Source: Rhizophagus irregularis (taxonomy: Eukaryota). Taken from it: DNA of 64,000 nt. Where the stretch lies: positions 806,001 through 870,000 of the forward strand of contig NC_089430.1 in the NCBI RefSeq assembly GCF_026210795.1. The letters are read 5' to 3'. Position numbers and translations under genes: made by a program. How positions within the stretch are numbered: the first letter of the stretch is position 1; every line of letters starts with the position of its first letter. Under the pieces are notes generated by a model, which was not told the DNA's origin, did no database searches, and saw only the letters and a program-made list of their open reading frames with translations. Shown piece after piece: positions 1-11,744 of this stretch.

Positions 1-219
1 AGAATCCGCTTTAAACAACACTTTGATCGACTTATGAAGGCGAGGAATTATACTTCTGATGAGATGTTTATCTCGGTAGCGGTAGATATTCGTGGTCTTG
101 GAGGGAATATTAAAATCTCAACAGTGAAAAATTTTTATAGTGGTGTTGGTCGTAGTACAGTTAGTACTGTTAATCAGATAAACGCATGGGTAGCTAGTTT
201 TAATAATAATGCGGAGTAG
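1..219 (+). CDS. 3' end of hypothetical protein (frame open from base 1)
   Basis: No stop from base 1 to TAG at 217-219; no recognisable motif. Confidence 0.4.
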   Translation, partial: RIRFKQHFDRLMKARNYTSDEMFISVAVDIRGLGGNIKISTVKNFYSGVGRSTVSTVNQINAWVASFNNNAE

Positions 220-1118
220 CGGGGAAGGAACTGCCAATATATGGGTTAGGGCCTGGCAGGCATTTATGCTTTATTTCTCCCTTGAAACAACCTGCTACTC
301 TATTGTTTTTTTATTTTCATTTTTTACTTAGCCGGCCGGCCCTTTCTCATGTATTACTTTGCAATAAAGAATGTTTTGAATGATTTTTAAAATCTTGCAG
401 TTAGTTATATTGGTAGAAACAAATTAGTTATAGATACTTTTCGTAAATGTAAGAGAGCAAAGAAATAACTTGATGCTGGGACTCGCACTAAATGGCCTAT
501 GATCCGCGTACTCCCTCCCTCTTTGATAGCATCATACATTTCGCTTACTACCTCCACTTTTTTATAAAGGAATCGAAAAATAAATCATTGTTTATGTAGT
601 TCTTTCATATGTAAATATGTATATCTTTGAACTCCGAAATATAACATCAGTAAAATCAAATGATGCATAAAAAAAGTATACAAAATCAATTAATCAAATG
701 ATGTCATCCTCATAAGATATATAATAATTAGTATTCAAAAAAAATGTTTCTTAAACTTCTTTCTTAAAATTTTAATCAATGTCTTCTTCTTTCATTGATA
801 AAGAAAGTTTTACCGATATCATATCTATCCTTCTCGTGATTTTTATCGCGTTCGTGGTCTGTGTGATTATTAAGATATCTGAATTTACTATTTGGATTAT
901 TACTTATCTAAGGCTTTCTTTTTGTCGCTTTTAGTTCTTTCCTATTACTTTCGTTCTTCTTTTGATCGCTATTACGTCATACATTGGATATAATATTAGT
1001 AAGGGGATTACTTATATCTTCAACAGAAGTAAGTCATTGGCTTGTTCACTTGTGTAACGTAAAGTCGTTAAAAACGGATTTCTCGTATTAAAAAATTTCA
1101 TACTCTATTCCAATAACC

Positions 1119-2045
1119 ATGGCGAACATGTCTAAAGTTTACTGCGAGAAAATAGATCTCAAAAATCTAGACCTTAAGAAGGTTTATACCTTCGAAGAGT
1201 TCGAGTACATAAACGACCAACTTAAGACTCGCACTATACAACTTAACGGAAAACCAGTTAACCTCTTCGAATACAAAAACGGAAAGTTAATCCCAATGCC
1301 TCAGACTCCATACGCAAGAGAAAAGGTTGTTGCCGAGATTGTAGGACAGTTGCGCAACTGGAACATCGAAACCCATCAAAATGGAGGCGTTACCTCTTCG
1401 CAAGGTGGCTTTGATTTTAATGTCGGGGGACAGAGAACAATTCGAGCACCCGACGTTTCTTTCACTCCAAAACAAACAGACCGCGGTTTGAACGCACTAC
1501 AAAATTGGACCTTCCAAGGTCAACCCTTCACCCCAATATTTGTTGTTGAGGTTGATTTTATTGAAAGTGAAGCACAATTCCAAGTATTTGACGATAGATT
1601 CAGAAATGAAATTTTTGCACAGGGAACATCTGTGGAGTTAGGATTTCTAGTTGACATCGGCCAAGATAATAACGGCCAACTGGTGGGAACTATCCATTCG
1701 TGGAAATGGTACGAAAATAGTAATGCTGTACGTCATTATGAACATGGATGGCGAAATATGGATACCAGGGTTAGCGGTCAGCAGATTCTTCCAGGATTCA
1801 TCTTGGATGTTGAGATGATTGAAGAGGCTATCTCACAAGTATGTTGTGACGATTTATCATTGATGATTTTATTTTAGATCTTATCATTTATTTATTTCAT
1901 CAAATGATTACAGCAAGATTCAGGTTCATATGATGATGTTACTAATATTCCTTGTAACGGACCTGGATGTACAGCAACTTTTACTAGTCACCACGCTTTC
2001 TTGAAACACTACCAAAAGGAACATGCGCTTAAACGACGTACATGA
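1119..2045 (+). CDS. Uma2/DUF820-like PD-(D/E)xK endonuclease with C-terminal C2H2 zinc finger; exons 1119-1838 and 1914-2045
   Basis: Motifs FEYKNGKLIPMP, IRAPDVSF, PIFVVEV and ILPGFILDV match Uma2. A phase-0 GTATGT...TTACAG intron (1839-1913) leads to QDSGSYDDVTNIPCNGPGCTATFTSHHAFLKHYQKEHALKRRT*. Confidence 0.75.
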
Positions 2046-2689
2046 CGTACACAACCGATTATAATGTGTCTTAATGTTGCTAATTTTTTATGTGCAGTAA
2101 TTTGATTATGTAATATTCATCTTGTAGAAATTTCGCATCATCTAACAACAATGCCATTTCTATTTTTCCATGTAATAATAGTAGTTTTCACAAGCCATAG
2201 GCATTATATAATTGCCCACTGATTTTTATTTTTCCGTAATGTGACTTATAATGCATATATATATTCGAATTTTTCCTATACTGTATTAAATGCAGATCAA
2301 TTATAGTACACACACAATTCAACTACTGCGCCCAGCGGTCAGATTTTTCATTTTGGTGTATTAAAGTATAAATAATAAAAAAAGGTTTGACCAGTGCCAG
2401 GGGAGCTAGGGTGATACCTGTGATACGATATACGTCATGCCATAAATCGCAATACCGCATGTAAATATAGCCACTATATAAATCCCCGATATGCTTGTAA
2501 TCGAATAAAAATGAATATGATATTTTATTATAATATACTTGCTATAAATTGCTATAAGTCTTTAAAACCGCTATAAATTATCAAATTCACTATAAATTGC
2601 TACAAAGTCCCTATATCCGTAAAATGGTTAAAACTAACTATTCTGGTTTAAATCCTGTAGTAGTGCAGGCGTTAAACAATCTGCAATAT

Positions 2690-5600
2690 AGCATAGCGAA
2701 CATCCCTATTTTATCACAATTTTGGCGATCATTTGACGATCATTTGTTGATCACTTTTCAACTTTATCACATCGCTATAATTAAATTGATTAGCTTAAAT
2801 TGAACGATTCTACATAATAATATTGATCAATATATACTCAAAATTTACAAACAGCATTTGAATTTACAATATATTGAATTTTATTAGAATCGCACTATTA
2901 TTAGGCAACTTTTACTAATAATAACTTTTAAAATGCCAATAATTAGCTTCAATCGGAAAATTTTACACAATAATACATGTTTAAATTTTACAAATAATTT
3001 TAGTATTGTTTTAATTTACTATGTATTAAATTTTATTAGAGTTGTATTACTATTGAATAATATCTATTAGTAATAACTTTTAATAAAAATAAATAAATCT
3101 ATTATAAATTTAATAAATTAATATAAATTATCATAATCTGACCATTTTTGATATAAAATTTCAAATTGGTTATCTATATTTTGTTCTACATTTTCCATAA
3201 TATCTTGTATATTTTCATCAATATCCTCATTTATATTGTTATTTGCATCTTTTTCAATTAAAGGCTTCTCATTATCTTTTAGTGGTGTATTTAATCTTTC
3301 TGTTAAACTATTAATATTTTTTTTTATTTCAGATGATAAATAATTAAAACAATGGTTACAATTACCATTATATAAAGTTAAACATTCTTTATGAAAGCCA
3401 TGCCCACAAATTAAAATAACATTATTATTAGGTAAATCTATATTATTATTATTAGATAGCAAACATTTTTCTGCATCACAAAATTTATCCTTATCATCAG
3501 AAGGTTTGCTTTTTGTATTCCAAGCCAATGGAAGGGCCTTTATATCAACATTAATTTTAAAGGTTGGAAGTGCAAAACTTGGATACTTATTATTATTAAA
3601 TTGATTTGTATTTCCTAAATTATGAAAAATTTCATCAAAAATAGAAAACAAAAACAAGGAAACTTTTTATTCTAAGTAATTTAATCTAACTTGAGAAATA
3701 ACTGGATTTCTTGAATTAACAAAAGCTTCTTTAAAAGAAAGGTTGCTATTTTTTTCAACATCAAAAATTTTGGCCTTTTGAATAATTTGTAATGCTGTAT
3801 TTGATTCAGCAGTTTGACTTCTAATAGAACTATGAAAATTTTCTACAAAATAATCATTAAAAATTGGCAAATGATTTTTTAAAATATTAGCCATTGGATG
3901 ATTATTTAATTTCCAATAAAACACATCGCTTAAAAACATAAGTGGTGCTTTATTATAATTATGTCGTCTTAATCTTTGAAATAATACCCAAATTCTTACA
4001 ACACCTTCTAAATATCCTTCAAAATATCCACTTCTAAAGAGTATTGTATATATATCTAAAGTAAGTGGTATAGAATTATCTAATAAATCAATCATCATTC
4101 TATATTCCATATCTTTAGAATTTCCAAAACGATGCATAACAACATTTCGAATCTTTTCCAACCATTAAATGTTAAATCTAAAATAAGATTAATTACAGTT
4201 TGTTTTGGTTTATGAGATAATATTTTTTTTTCTCCAAATAAATCATGGTATAATTTTTCAAAAAAAAAATGATAGGTTTGAAACAAAGTTTCTCTACTAT
4301 TTAATGAAATATGAAGTGGACCAATTATAGGAATTAAACTTAATATTTGTTCTGAAATACCAGATTTATTTCCTTTATTAATTCTTAATGTTATAGCTCT
4401 TCTTATATTTACTTGTCCTGGCCAATCAGCAACTACTGGAATAACATAATTATCTAAATAATTATATTCATTTTCTGACCTTTCAAATACTTTGAATAAA
4501 ATATCTAAACATTCTATATAATCTTTAGTACTATGCAATGAATGTAAGATAAAATCTACTAATTTGCTATTATTTAATGATCTTAATTCTTGGTAATTTT
4601 GAATTCGACCATCATAATCATGAACATTAAGATTTTCAACTCTATTTTCATAAGAATCTTCAATTAAGAATTGTTTCTATAATTCATTTTGTTCATAATA
4701 ACTTTTACCTATTTGCTTCATAAAAAAATCCTCAAAATTTTTAATAATTAATTTAAAGTCAATCCCTTTAGGATTATGTATTAAAATATTATTTGAACAA
4801 TATGGTATTGCTGCTATATTAGAATTAGAATTTAATAAAATTGTAACAAAATGAAATATATTATGTGTTTCTAATAATGTTGGCTTATTACGACGATGAA
4901 TATTATGATAATCATCAATATTTAAAATAAATATTTTTTCTATATTTTGCAAGCAGTAAATATCAACAGTTTGCTGATGCTCATTTGAAATAAGATTTTT
5001 TTGACGATCTACTGTCATTCTTCTTATTGAAAATCCTATATTTGCTAATGTATCAATAGATGATGATGATGCACCAGAAGTTTGTAAATATGATCCAATA
5101 TCAGCTTTAATACTATTAATATATTTATTATTAATACTGGCCAAAAAATAACATAAAGAAACTAATTTTTTCTTGTTATTTTCATTTGTTTTATCAGATT
5201 TAGTATGGGGATTAGTACCAATATATAATTCATCAAAAAAACCAACCAAATCTTTATCAGCTGCTTCTAACATTATTTTAAAAGTTGTTGGTTCATAAAT
5301 AGGCTTTTGATTTAATTTATGTTGATTATGATAAAGAATATTGGACATTTTTATTATCTTATCACTTAAACTAACTTCATTTGGAATTGTCATATGCTCT
5401 AAAATTTCTTGAAAATCCAATTCAAGTTGTTTTAATTCTTCTCCACTATAAAAAACATCATTTCTTAATATATAAGAATAATTACCAACTTGTAGAATTT
5501 TATCATCATTTTGTTTTTTTTTTGAAATAGGTGCTTTATATTCTTCAGTTTGTAAATATTCAGGATCCTTATCAGTTTTTTTCCTACACATGCTACAAAT

Positions 5601-6541
5601 TTCTGCAAACTCATCTAATCCTAATACTTCAATTAACCTCTTTGGAACTTTTTCAAGATTAAGTTTTTTTGATTGTTTATTGCCTTTTGATTGTGTTTTA
5701 TATAGTTCATGTTTTGGATGAGAACAAGATTTATTATATCCAAGATTATGAGTTTCATTAATGACATATCTATTATAATGAGTTTGACATAGTTTCATGC
5801 CAACTAAAACAATTTCTTTCATTGTTACTGGAATATCTATATTTTCAGTAATTATTCTAATTCTTCCCTTGCAGTCAGTAGAATGAAATTTACAAACATT
5901 TAATATGTTTTCTGTTTCCATTTTTTAATTTAAATTTTTAAATGATTTATTTTTCAAAAATAAAGAGTTTTCTTACAAATCTTAAGCTATTTATAAAAAA
6001 AATTAAAAAAAATTAACAATAAATTTAGTTATATAATTTTATTTGTTATCAAAATTCATAAAAAAAGTCCGAAAATTAATGTTTTCATATCCAAAGTTAA
6101 CTACCCAGCCGAAAATAGGCTAAATTTTTAATAATTAGAAAAATTAAAAAATAATTGATGATGTTGCAACACCCAGTGATCAGAATTTAACGATTTATAG
6201 CTTGTTGGATTCATCTCATCAAGACGAACATTTTGATAGTAATTTCATAAATATTTATGCAAAATTGATTGAGAAATGATATTTTGAAAATTTCTATTTA
6301 TTATATAAATTATAGTATTATAATTGCAAATACAATTTTATTCATAACTTTTGTGTTACCAAAAATTATACTTGGTTACTTCGGCCATTAATTTTAAAGC
6401 AGTTAAACTATGGGCTATAAAAGTTTCAAGTTTCGCCCGAACTTCTGTGGCTTCGCCCGAAGCCTTAAAGTCCGATATCACCTAATTTACTATATGATCG
6501 GCAAATGATCAACAAGGTGATATAAGCATGTTCGCTATGCT
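2690..6541 (-). mobile_element. TIR DNA transposon, 3852 bp, 14-bp TIR and 9-bp TSD (alternatively 13-bp TIR and 11-bp TSD)
   Basis: AGCATAGCGAACAT at 2690-2703 and ATGTTCGCTATGCT at 6528-6541; CTGCAATAT at 2681-2689 and 6542-6550; imperfect subterminal GATCATTTG repeats at both ends. Confidence 0.9.
3118..5921 (-). pseudogene. ~930-aa putative DDE transposase (DUF6589-like) with C-terminal RING-H2; two stops and one frameshift
   Basis: Four ORF pieces join: 5921-4677 and 4538- are in frame across TAG, a frameshift lies near 4160, and 3667/3657 are in frame across TAA. Motifs NIDDYH, ADWPGQ, IGPLHISLN, VENFHS and CDAEKC...CGHGFHKEC...CNHC. It is the only ORF between the TIRs. Confidence 0.7.
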
Positions 6542-8006
6542 CTGCAATATAGATATAATGGTGAAACACCAGAAATGTGGTGTTCTCGTATTTGTTATCC
6601 ATTTAAGAAACTTCTTGAATATAACCCAAAATACTTTTCGAAGAATGAGTTTATCCAGATGATTGAAAGATCATATATAGATGGGGAATTTAAAACTGGG
6701 AGACGCTCATTTCATATTTATTGCACTGTATGTGACTCCTTAGTAATTATCCGTGAAAATACCATTGAATGTGCAAATATTCACCTAAATGAGTGTATTG
6801 CTAAAACAGTCAAAAGGCGGATTGAATATTCTAAACCTGTACAGAAAAATGTGAAAAAAAGAGGAGTGCCAAGCCGAAATAGTGTATTATCGCTTAGTTC
6901 TGACGAGATAGATGAGATTTATCGAACATATTGTTTTACATTAAGTAATTACTGGACTAAATATAGTTATCATTATTTACCTGAAGATAGGAAAAGGGTT
7001 GTAAATCATTTAATTGAAAGTGCAAAAGTTGTCCAACAGGCTTGGAGGACTTTCAAGTTGAGACCTGAAACATGGGCGAAACAAGTTTGGAATATGGTAA
7101 GAAATGATGGTTCTCCTGACAAGAAGAAGTTTCTAGGTATAACTCCTTGCAAAATAAGAGTTCCTGATGATCGATATATAGACTATATATGGGATCCCAG
7201 TTATCTTCTGGCAGGAATTAATTATGGAGATAGAATTCAAGCTAAAGATATGCCTGCATATTATCAGAATCTTCCTATATTATATGATCATTATTCTTCA
7301 CAAAGCTGGGTAGAAAAGAAGAGAGAACAGTTATGGGAACGATTAAATAATGTAGCATACATAGTTGCTTTTATAGAATTACATCGGCAAGGCTATAGAA
7401 TTGTTGAATATTCAGGATGGAACTATATGTTAAAGTGGCTATCAAATCCTGAATATTATCGTATTGATAAATACCTCAACAATGGCAATGAAAACTTTGT
7501 TAGAAGTTCAGAATATGTACAATATAAGTGTAAATTGGCAGGCAAACATTATCAATATAATTTACTAGATATTGGCTATTATAAAACTGGAAATATTAGT
7601 ATTAATGGAGAGACTACTACTATAAATTTCTCAGATTTACATAATAATTGTGAGTATGTGCGCCGAATTTTCTGGAGCATAGATTCTTTATTAAAATAGT
7701 GTAATATATTTCATGTATAATTATTAGCCAAGCCCTTATGGCGCTTTGCAATATCTTTCAACCAAATATTAGTATTATGTATCTCTTGACTATGTCGAGG
7801 TCAAATATAGCTTATACTTTATTTTTTTGCACTATATAATCTGCATGCATGATCGCCTAGTATATATAATTGTGAAATGTACTACCTGCCAAATTTTTCA
7901 GATTAGTTCTTAACCCAGATCCTGGTTAAGATCATGCGCTTTCTGAAGATTGATATAAATTGATCCAAGGGGTTCTCCCATTCTCTTTTATAATCACAAA
8001 AAAAGA

Positions 8007-10463
8007 ATGTCATTTCACAGATCTCATCCAAGGCAGAGAAGAACATGTGAAGAACATAAAGCTGAGCTGGAAGAAGAGAACTATCATCTTCGTAGTGAAT
8101 TGCAGATAGAAGTTGATACTAATCACTAGAATGAGAGACAAATTAATCAACTGGAACGGGATTATGCCCGATGTGAGCAAGAAATTCAAGATCTCAATAG
8201 GGAGATAGAGCGCCTTGAAAATGCTTCGAAAGAAGAGATAGTAGAGTTAAAATCTGAAATCTCCAGCCTAAAAAAGCAACTATATCAAGCTAAGAAGGAT
8301 ATTTGTAATAATGAAAAACATATTTCTAGTATAGAAAATCAGTTAGTAGATTCTGAGGAACAGGTAGAGAAATTGCGATATCGGATCAGAACCATCTCAT
8401 CACGAAAAAATTCGCCAGAACGAGGGAATTCTCCAGACTTGTATAATCCTAATATTAACATAGAAATGGCTACTATCACAGAACTAGCAAATGCTATAGA
8501 TGGTTATCTGAATAATACAACAATAGGTAGAGAAATCTTAGCTGATCAAATAAAAAAGGCGACAAGGCAGATTTGCCGAAAAGAGAATAATTTGCATCAG
8601 GATTTAGTCCGTGAGCAACGAAGGCGATATGATGCAGAGGCTGAGCATGATAATGAAATTATACGAAGGCAAAATGCTGAAGGAGTGGAACAAATGGTTA
8701 TTGCTGACCTTTATCAGTTGCGGACCAATGCTCAAAATCAAGTAAATAGAATGTTAGACAATATAACAGGAAAGCGAACCCGTATTGGTATATTGCTACA
8801 GGAAAAATTTGCCTTACAATTGCTGTATCAGCGAAATGCCCATCACTTACAGCGAAGTAGAGGGAATATAGGTCTGTTAGAATTTAATCGTGACAGGCTC
8901 TATGAGCGATACGAGAAATGGAAAAATAAGACCCAAGTAGAGCGACAGAATAATTTAAATTTGCAAGGACAAATTTTGGCGCTTCAGAATAATCCACCTA
9001 ATTAAGTAAACATGGCAGGAATACCTCATCCATATTTTGACTGGGATGATAGTATCCCAGACTTTCTTGCGCAACTTAGACTAGACTTGCAAAATCGGGG
9101 AATAGATCCAGCAGGTGCAGGGGGCAATGGAAGAGCTCAGGCACTAGGATATTTAAGAGCATGTATGAGAGGAAGAACCTTAGAATGGTTTGATGAAGAG
9201 ATTACTACAAAGACAAATTGGGAATTAACTAATCTGACTGATGGTACAGGACAAGCCAATTTGGTAGCTGTAAACGGGCGTACAGCTATTCAGATCGGTG
9301 CTGATGGATTAAATGAGGCACTCGGACAACCTGGAAATGCAATAGTAAAATTAAGAGCTGTAGAAGGTGTATGGGACGAGGACTGGCGCATAGCAGGAGG
9401 TCGTCCTACTAATCTTCCTGTTAATTTACCGAATGCTGGTAATGGAACTACAGTAGTTGTAGCTGGTATTCGATTTGGTCAAGCCGTATGGTGGCTAAAA
9501 ACTCATTTTCCTACAGTAGAAGAGGAACTTCGGGATTTGATGTATGGAACAATCAGAAAGGGAGACATGACTATAGATGAATTATATAGAAAAATATTAC
9601 GAATAGGTAGACGAGCCAACTATAGACCTGAAGAATTACGTAGAAAGTTCTTAGATGCTTTACCACTTTTATGGCTTGAAAAAGCTGAAGATATTGGTGA
9701 ACATTTGCCATTAGATGAATTAGCTAAAAAGCTTTATGAGATAGAATTACGCCAAATAGCTAGACATAAAAGAGATAGAATATCTGATCTGCTAGTATCT
9801 AATCGAACATCTCGGCAAATATATGAACCTTCACCTGTTTCAGCCTCACAACAGCATGGAATATCTTTAGAAGATATGCAAAAAGCAATCCAGAATGCAT
9901 TAGCACAGCAAAAAACTGAATACCAGTCTTTATTAGAAAAACAAAAAGCCGATTTCCAATCACAAATGGCCCAGCAAACTAAAAAGATACCTCCACCAGT
10001 TCCTCCTAAAAATATGGAACAGCTTCTTGATACATATGAAAGCGCTAATCCTTTCCCTGATACACTTACTAGGGAAGAAATAATAAGAGTGGTCGCAAAA
10101 GCTTATGGGCCACCTCCTAAACCGCAAAAGCCAGAAAAGTTGCAATCATCTAGAATCGATAGATTAGAGTCAAAAATAGATGAAATTGGTCAAATGACAT
10201 CTAAATTTGGTAGGATATCACTTAATGATCAATCTCGAAAGCCTTTTTATTGCAGTAATTGCGGACAGGAAGGGCATAAGAAAAACAATTGCCCAAGGTT
10301 AAATCCTGTAGCTAAATCCAATTTTACTCAATGTTACTATCCTCAACTTCCATCTACACAGCCCTAATATACGCCTCCAGATTCAGATAATGAGGAAGAT
10401 GGTTATGATAAAGTAGAAAATGCGTGGTATTATACACCTGAAAAAAAAAACAACTACCACTAA
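8007..10463 (+). pseudogene. Gag-like polyprotein (coiled-coil N-terminus, Ty3/Gypsy-like capsid, CCHC knuckle) with three in-frame stops
   Basis: ATG 8007, ORF 8373 and ORF 9012 share one frame, with stops at 8127 (TAG), 9003 (TAA) and 10365 (TAA). Capsid-like IPDFLAQL...LRACMRGRTLEWF and IRKGDMTIDELYRKILRIG...RRKFLDALP; knuckle CSNCGQEGHKKNNC (CX2CX4HX4C). Confidence 0.8.
10445..10451 (+). promoter_or_regulatory. Putative -1 programmed ribosomal frameshift heptamer A-AAA-AAC
   Basis: In X-XXY-YYZ register with the gag frame, 3 sense codons before the gag stop; a -1 shift enters the open protease frame. Confidence 0.55.
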
Positions 10464-11110
10464 ATGATATGTTACCTCTAGAGTCCAGTCAGCCAAAAAC
10501 ATATGATGAATTATTTCCAAAACTTTTACCGGCAATGCGAAAAATGTGTCAGTCTCATACAGTTCAGAAGAAAGAATCAATATCAGATGAGTTGTTTTCC
10601 TCATTACAATATCTGAATGCTAAAATAGATGATTTAATGATCTCTAATTCTTTTTTAGATAGTGCGAGTGAGTTTGGGGGAGCGAATGATGCAACAATTA
10701 ATGCTCTTGGGTGGAAAGCTGATAAGCCATCGGACTTCGCAATAAAAGGTAATTCCAAACACATTACCGATTCATTGGGATGGTTTACTGATGTACCAAT
10801 CAGTATAAAGGATAAGGATGGTAAAACTGTCACAGCTACTGGAAATTTTACTCATATTGATAATGGAGAACCTGAACCAATGTTATGTTTAGGTATGACA
10901 TGGATTAGGAAAGTTCAAGGTGTCCTCGATCCAAATAAAAATCAATTCCGAATGAAGTTACATGGGAAAGCTTACATTATCCCAACTTTTAGCAAAGCTC
11001 CAGAAGTTGAAGATCCGCCAAAAGAAAATCAAAAATCAGCTAATTCTTCTAATCCGACTAGTAAGGAAGACTTAAAAAAAAGTGTGAAGAGCTTGAAAAG
11101 CGCCTCATAA
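10451..11110 (+). CDS. Retropepsin-like aspartic protease, probably expressed as a Gag-Pro fusion
   Basis: FLDSASEF (D-S/T-G-like active site), a flap-like beta region, and LCLGMTWIRKVQGVLD matching the retropepsin ILGxDWL motif. It lies in the -1 frame directly after gag. Confidence 0.75.
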   Translation, partial: QLPLNDMLPLESSQPKTYDELFPKLLPAMRKMCQSHTVQKKESISDELFSSLQYLNAKIDDLMISNSFLDSASEFGGANDATINALGWKADKPSDFAIKGNSKHITDSLGWFTDVPISIKDKDGKTVTATGNFTHIDNGEPEPMLCLGMTWIRKVQGVLDPNKNQFRMKLHGKAYIIPTFSKAPEVEDPPKENQKSANSSNPTSKEDLKKSVKSLKSAS

Positions 11111-11175
11111 AGACTGAAGAAATGCTCTATTTGGCCTTAAGTACCGGTAAATTTCTTGCTGATACATGTGAATCC

Positions 11176-11694
11176 TTATATAAGGGGGGTATTAGCTGTT
11201 AAACCCTTAAGCTTTTCACCACGATTAATTAGATTTTTAAGAAGAGATTCTGCCCTGTCTTCTCGGGATGTATCAGACGAATTATCAGAGGAAGAGACCA
11301 TGCCATTTTTGTTATTTTTTTCCACTATACTAGTTGCTTCAGTAACCGGCTTCTCATCTATTTTAACCTTCTTTTTTCGACCATTCTTTTTTGGAATATC
11401 TGTAGCTGGAAGGGATATAGATGATACTGCTTCAAGAGTCTGTTCTGACTTATCAGATTGGGAATTTTTATCCAAAGCAAGCTGATCAGAAGAAGATAAA
11501 ATAAGTCCTTGTTGGAGACGTTCACTATTGTTCCATATTTCATAAATACGCCGAGCACCAACATGGAATTTTTCAGCCATTATTTTTGATGCATTGGGTA
11601 TCCTGCCTCTGGATTCTCTAATTTCCTTGATGTCGGCTTCTGATAATGGGGTGGCATTGGATCGATAAAATTTTTCATGGAGATGGGTGACCAT
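11176..11694 (-). CDS. Small protein with N-terminal helix-turn-helix-like motif and basic tail
   Basis: PLSEADIKEIRES...KIMAEKFHVGARRIYEIW resembles an HTH; KKNGRKKKVK is NLS-like. Confidence 0.6.
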   Translation of the reverse strand: MVTHLHEKFYRSNATPLSEADIKEIRESRGRIPNASKIMAEKFHVGARRIYEIWNNSERLQQGLILSSSDQLALDKNSQSDKSEQTLEAVSSISLPATDIPKKNGRKKKVKIDEKPVTEATSIVEKNNKNGMVSSSDNSSDTSREDRAESLLKNLINRGEKLKGLTANTPLI

Positions 11695-11744
11695 TTTTTA
11701 ATTAGAATATATATGCAAAAAAAACTACCAATAATTTTTTCAAT

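Larger units (their letters stand above)
2624..7699 (+). pseudogene. ~404-aa hypothetical protein split by a transposon (2624-2689 + 6551-7699)
   Basis: Removing 2690-6541 plus one TSD copy restores MVKTNYSGLNPVVVQALNNLQY-RYNGETPE-MWCSRIC in frame. Contains a CxxC...C...H...C cluster and an IQ-like VQQAWRTFKLR. Confidence 0.8.

Noticed and set aside
8007..11110. Ordinary Ty3/Gypsy LTR retrotransposon
   Set aside because: No RT or RNase H, no LTR pair or PBS seen, and the nearby integrase is Polinton-like and separated by other genes. A nested relic is not fully excluded.
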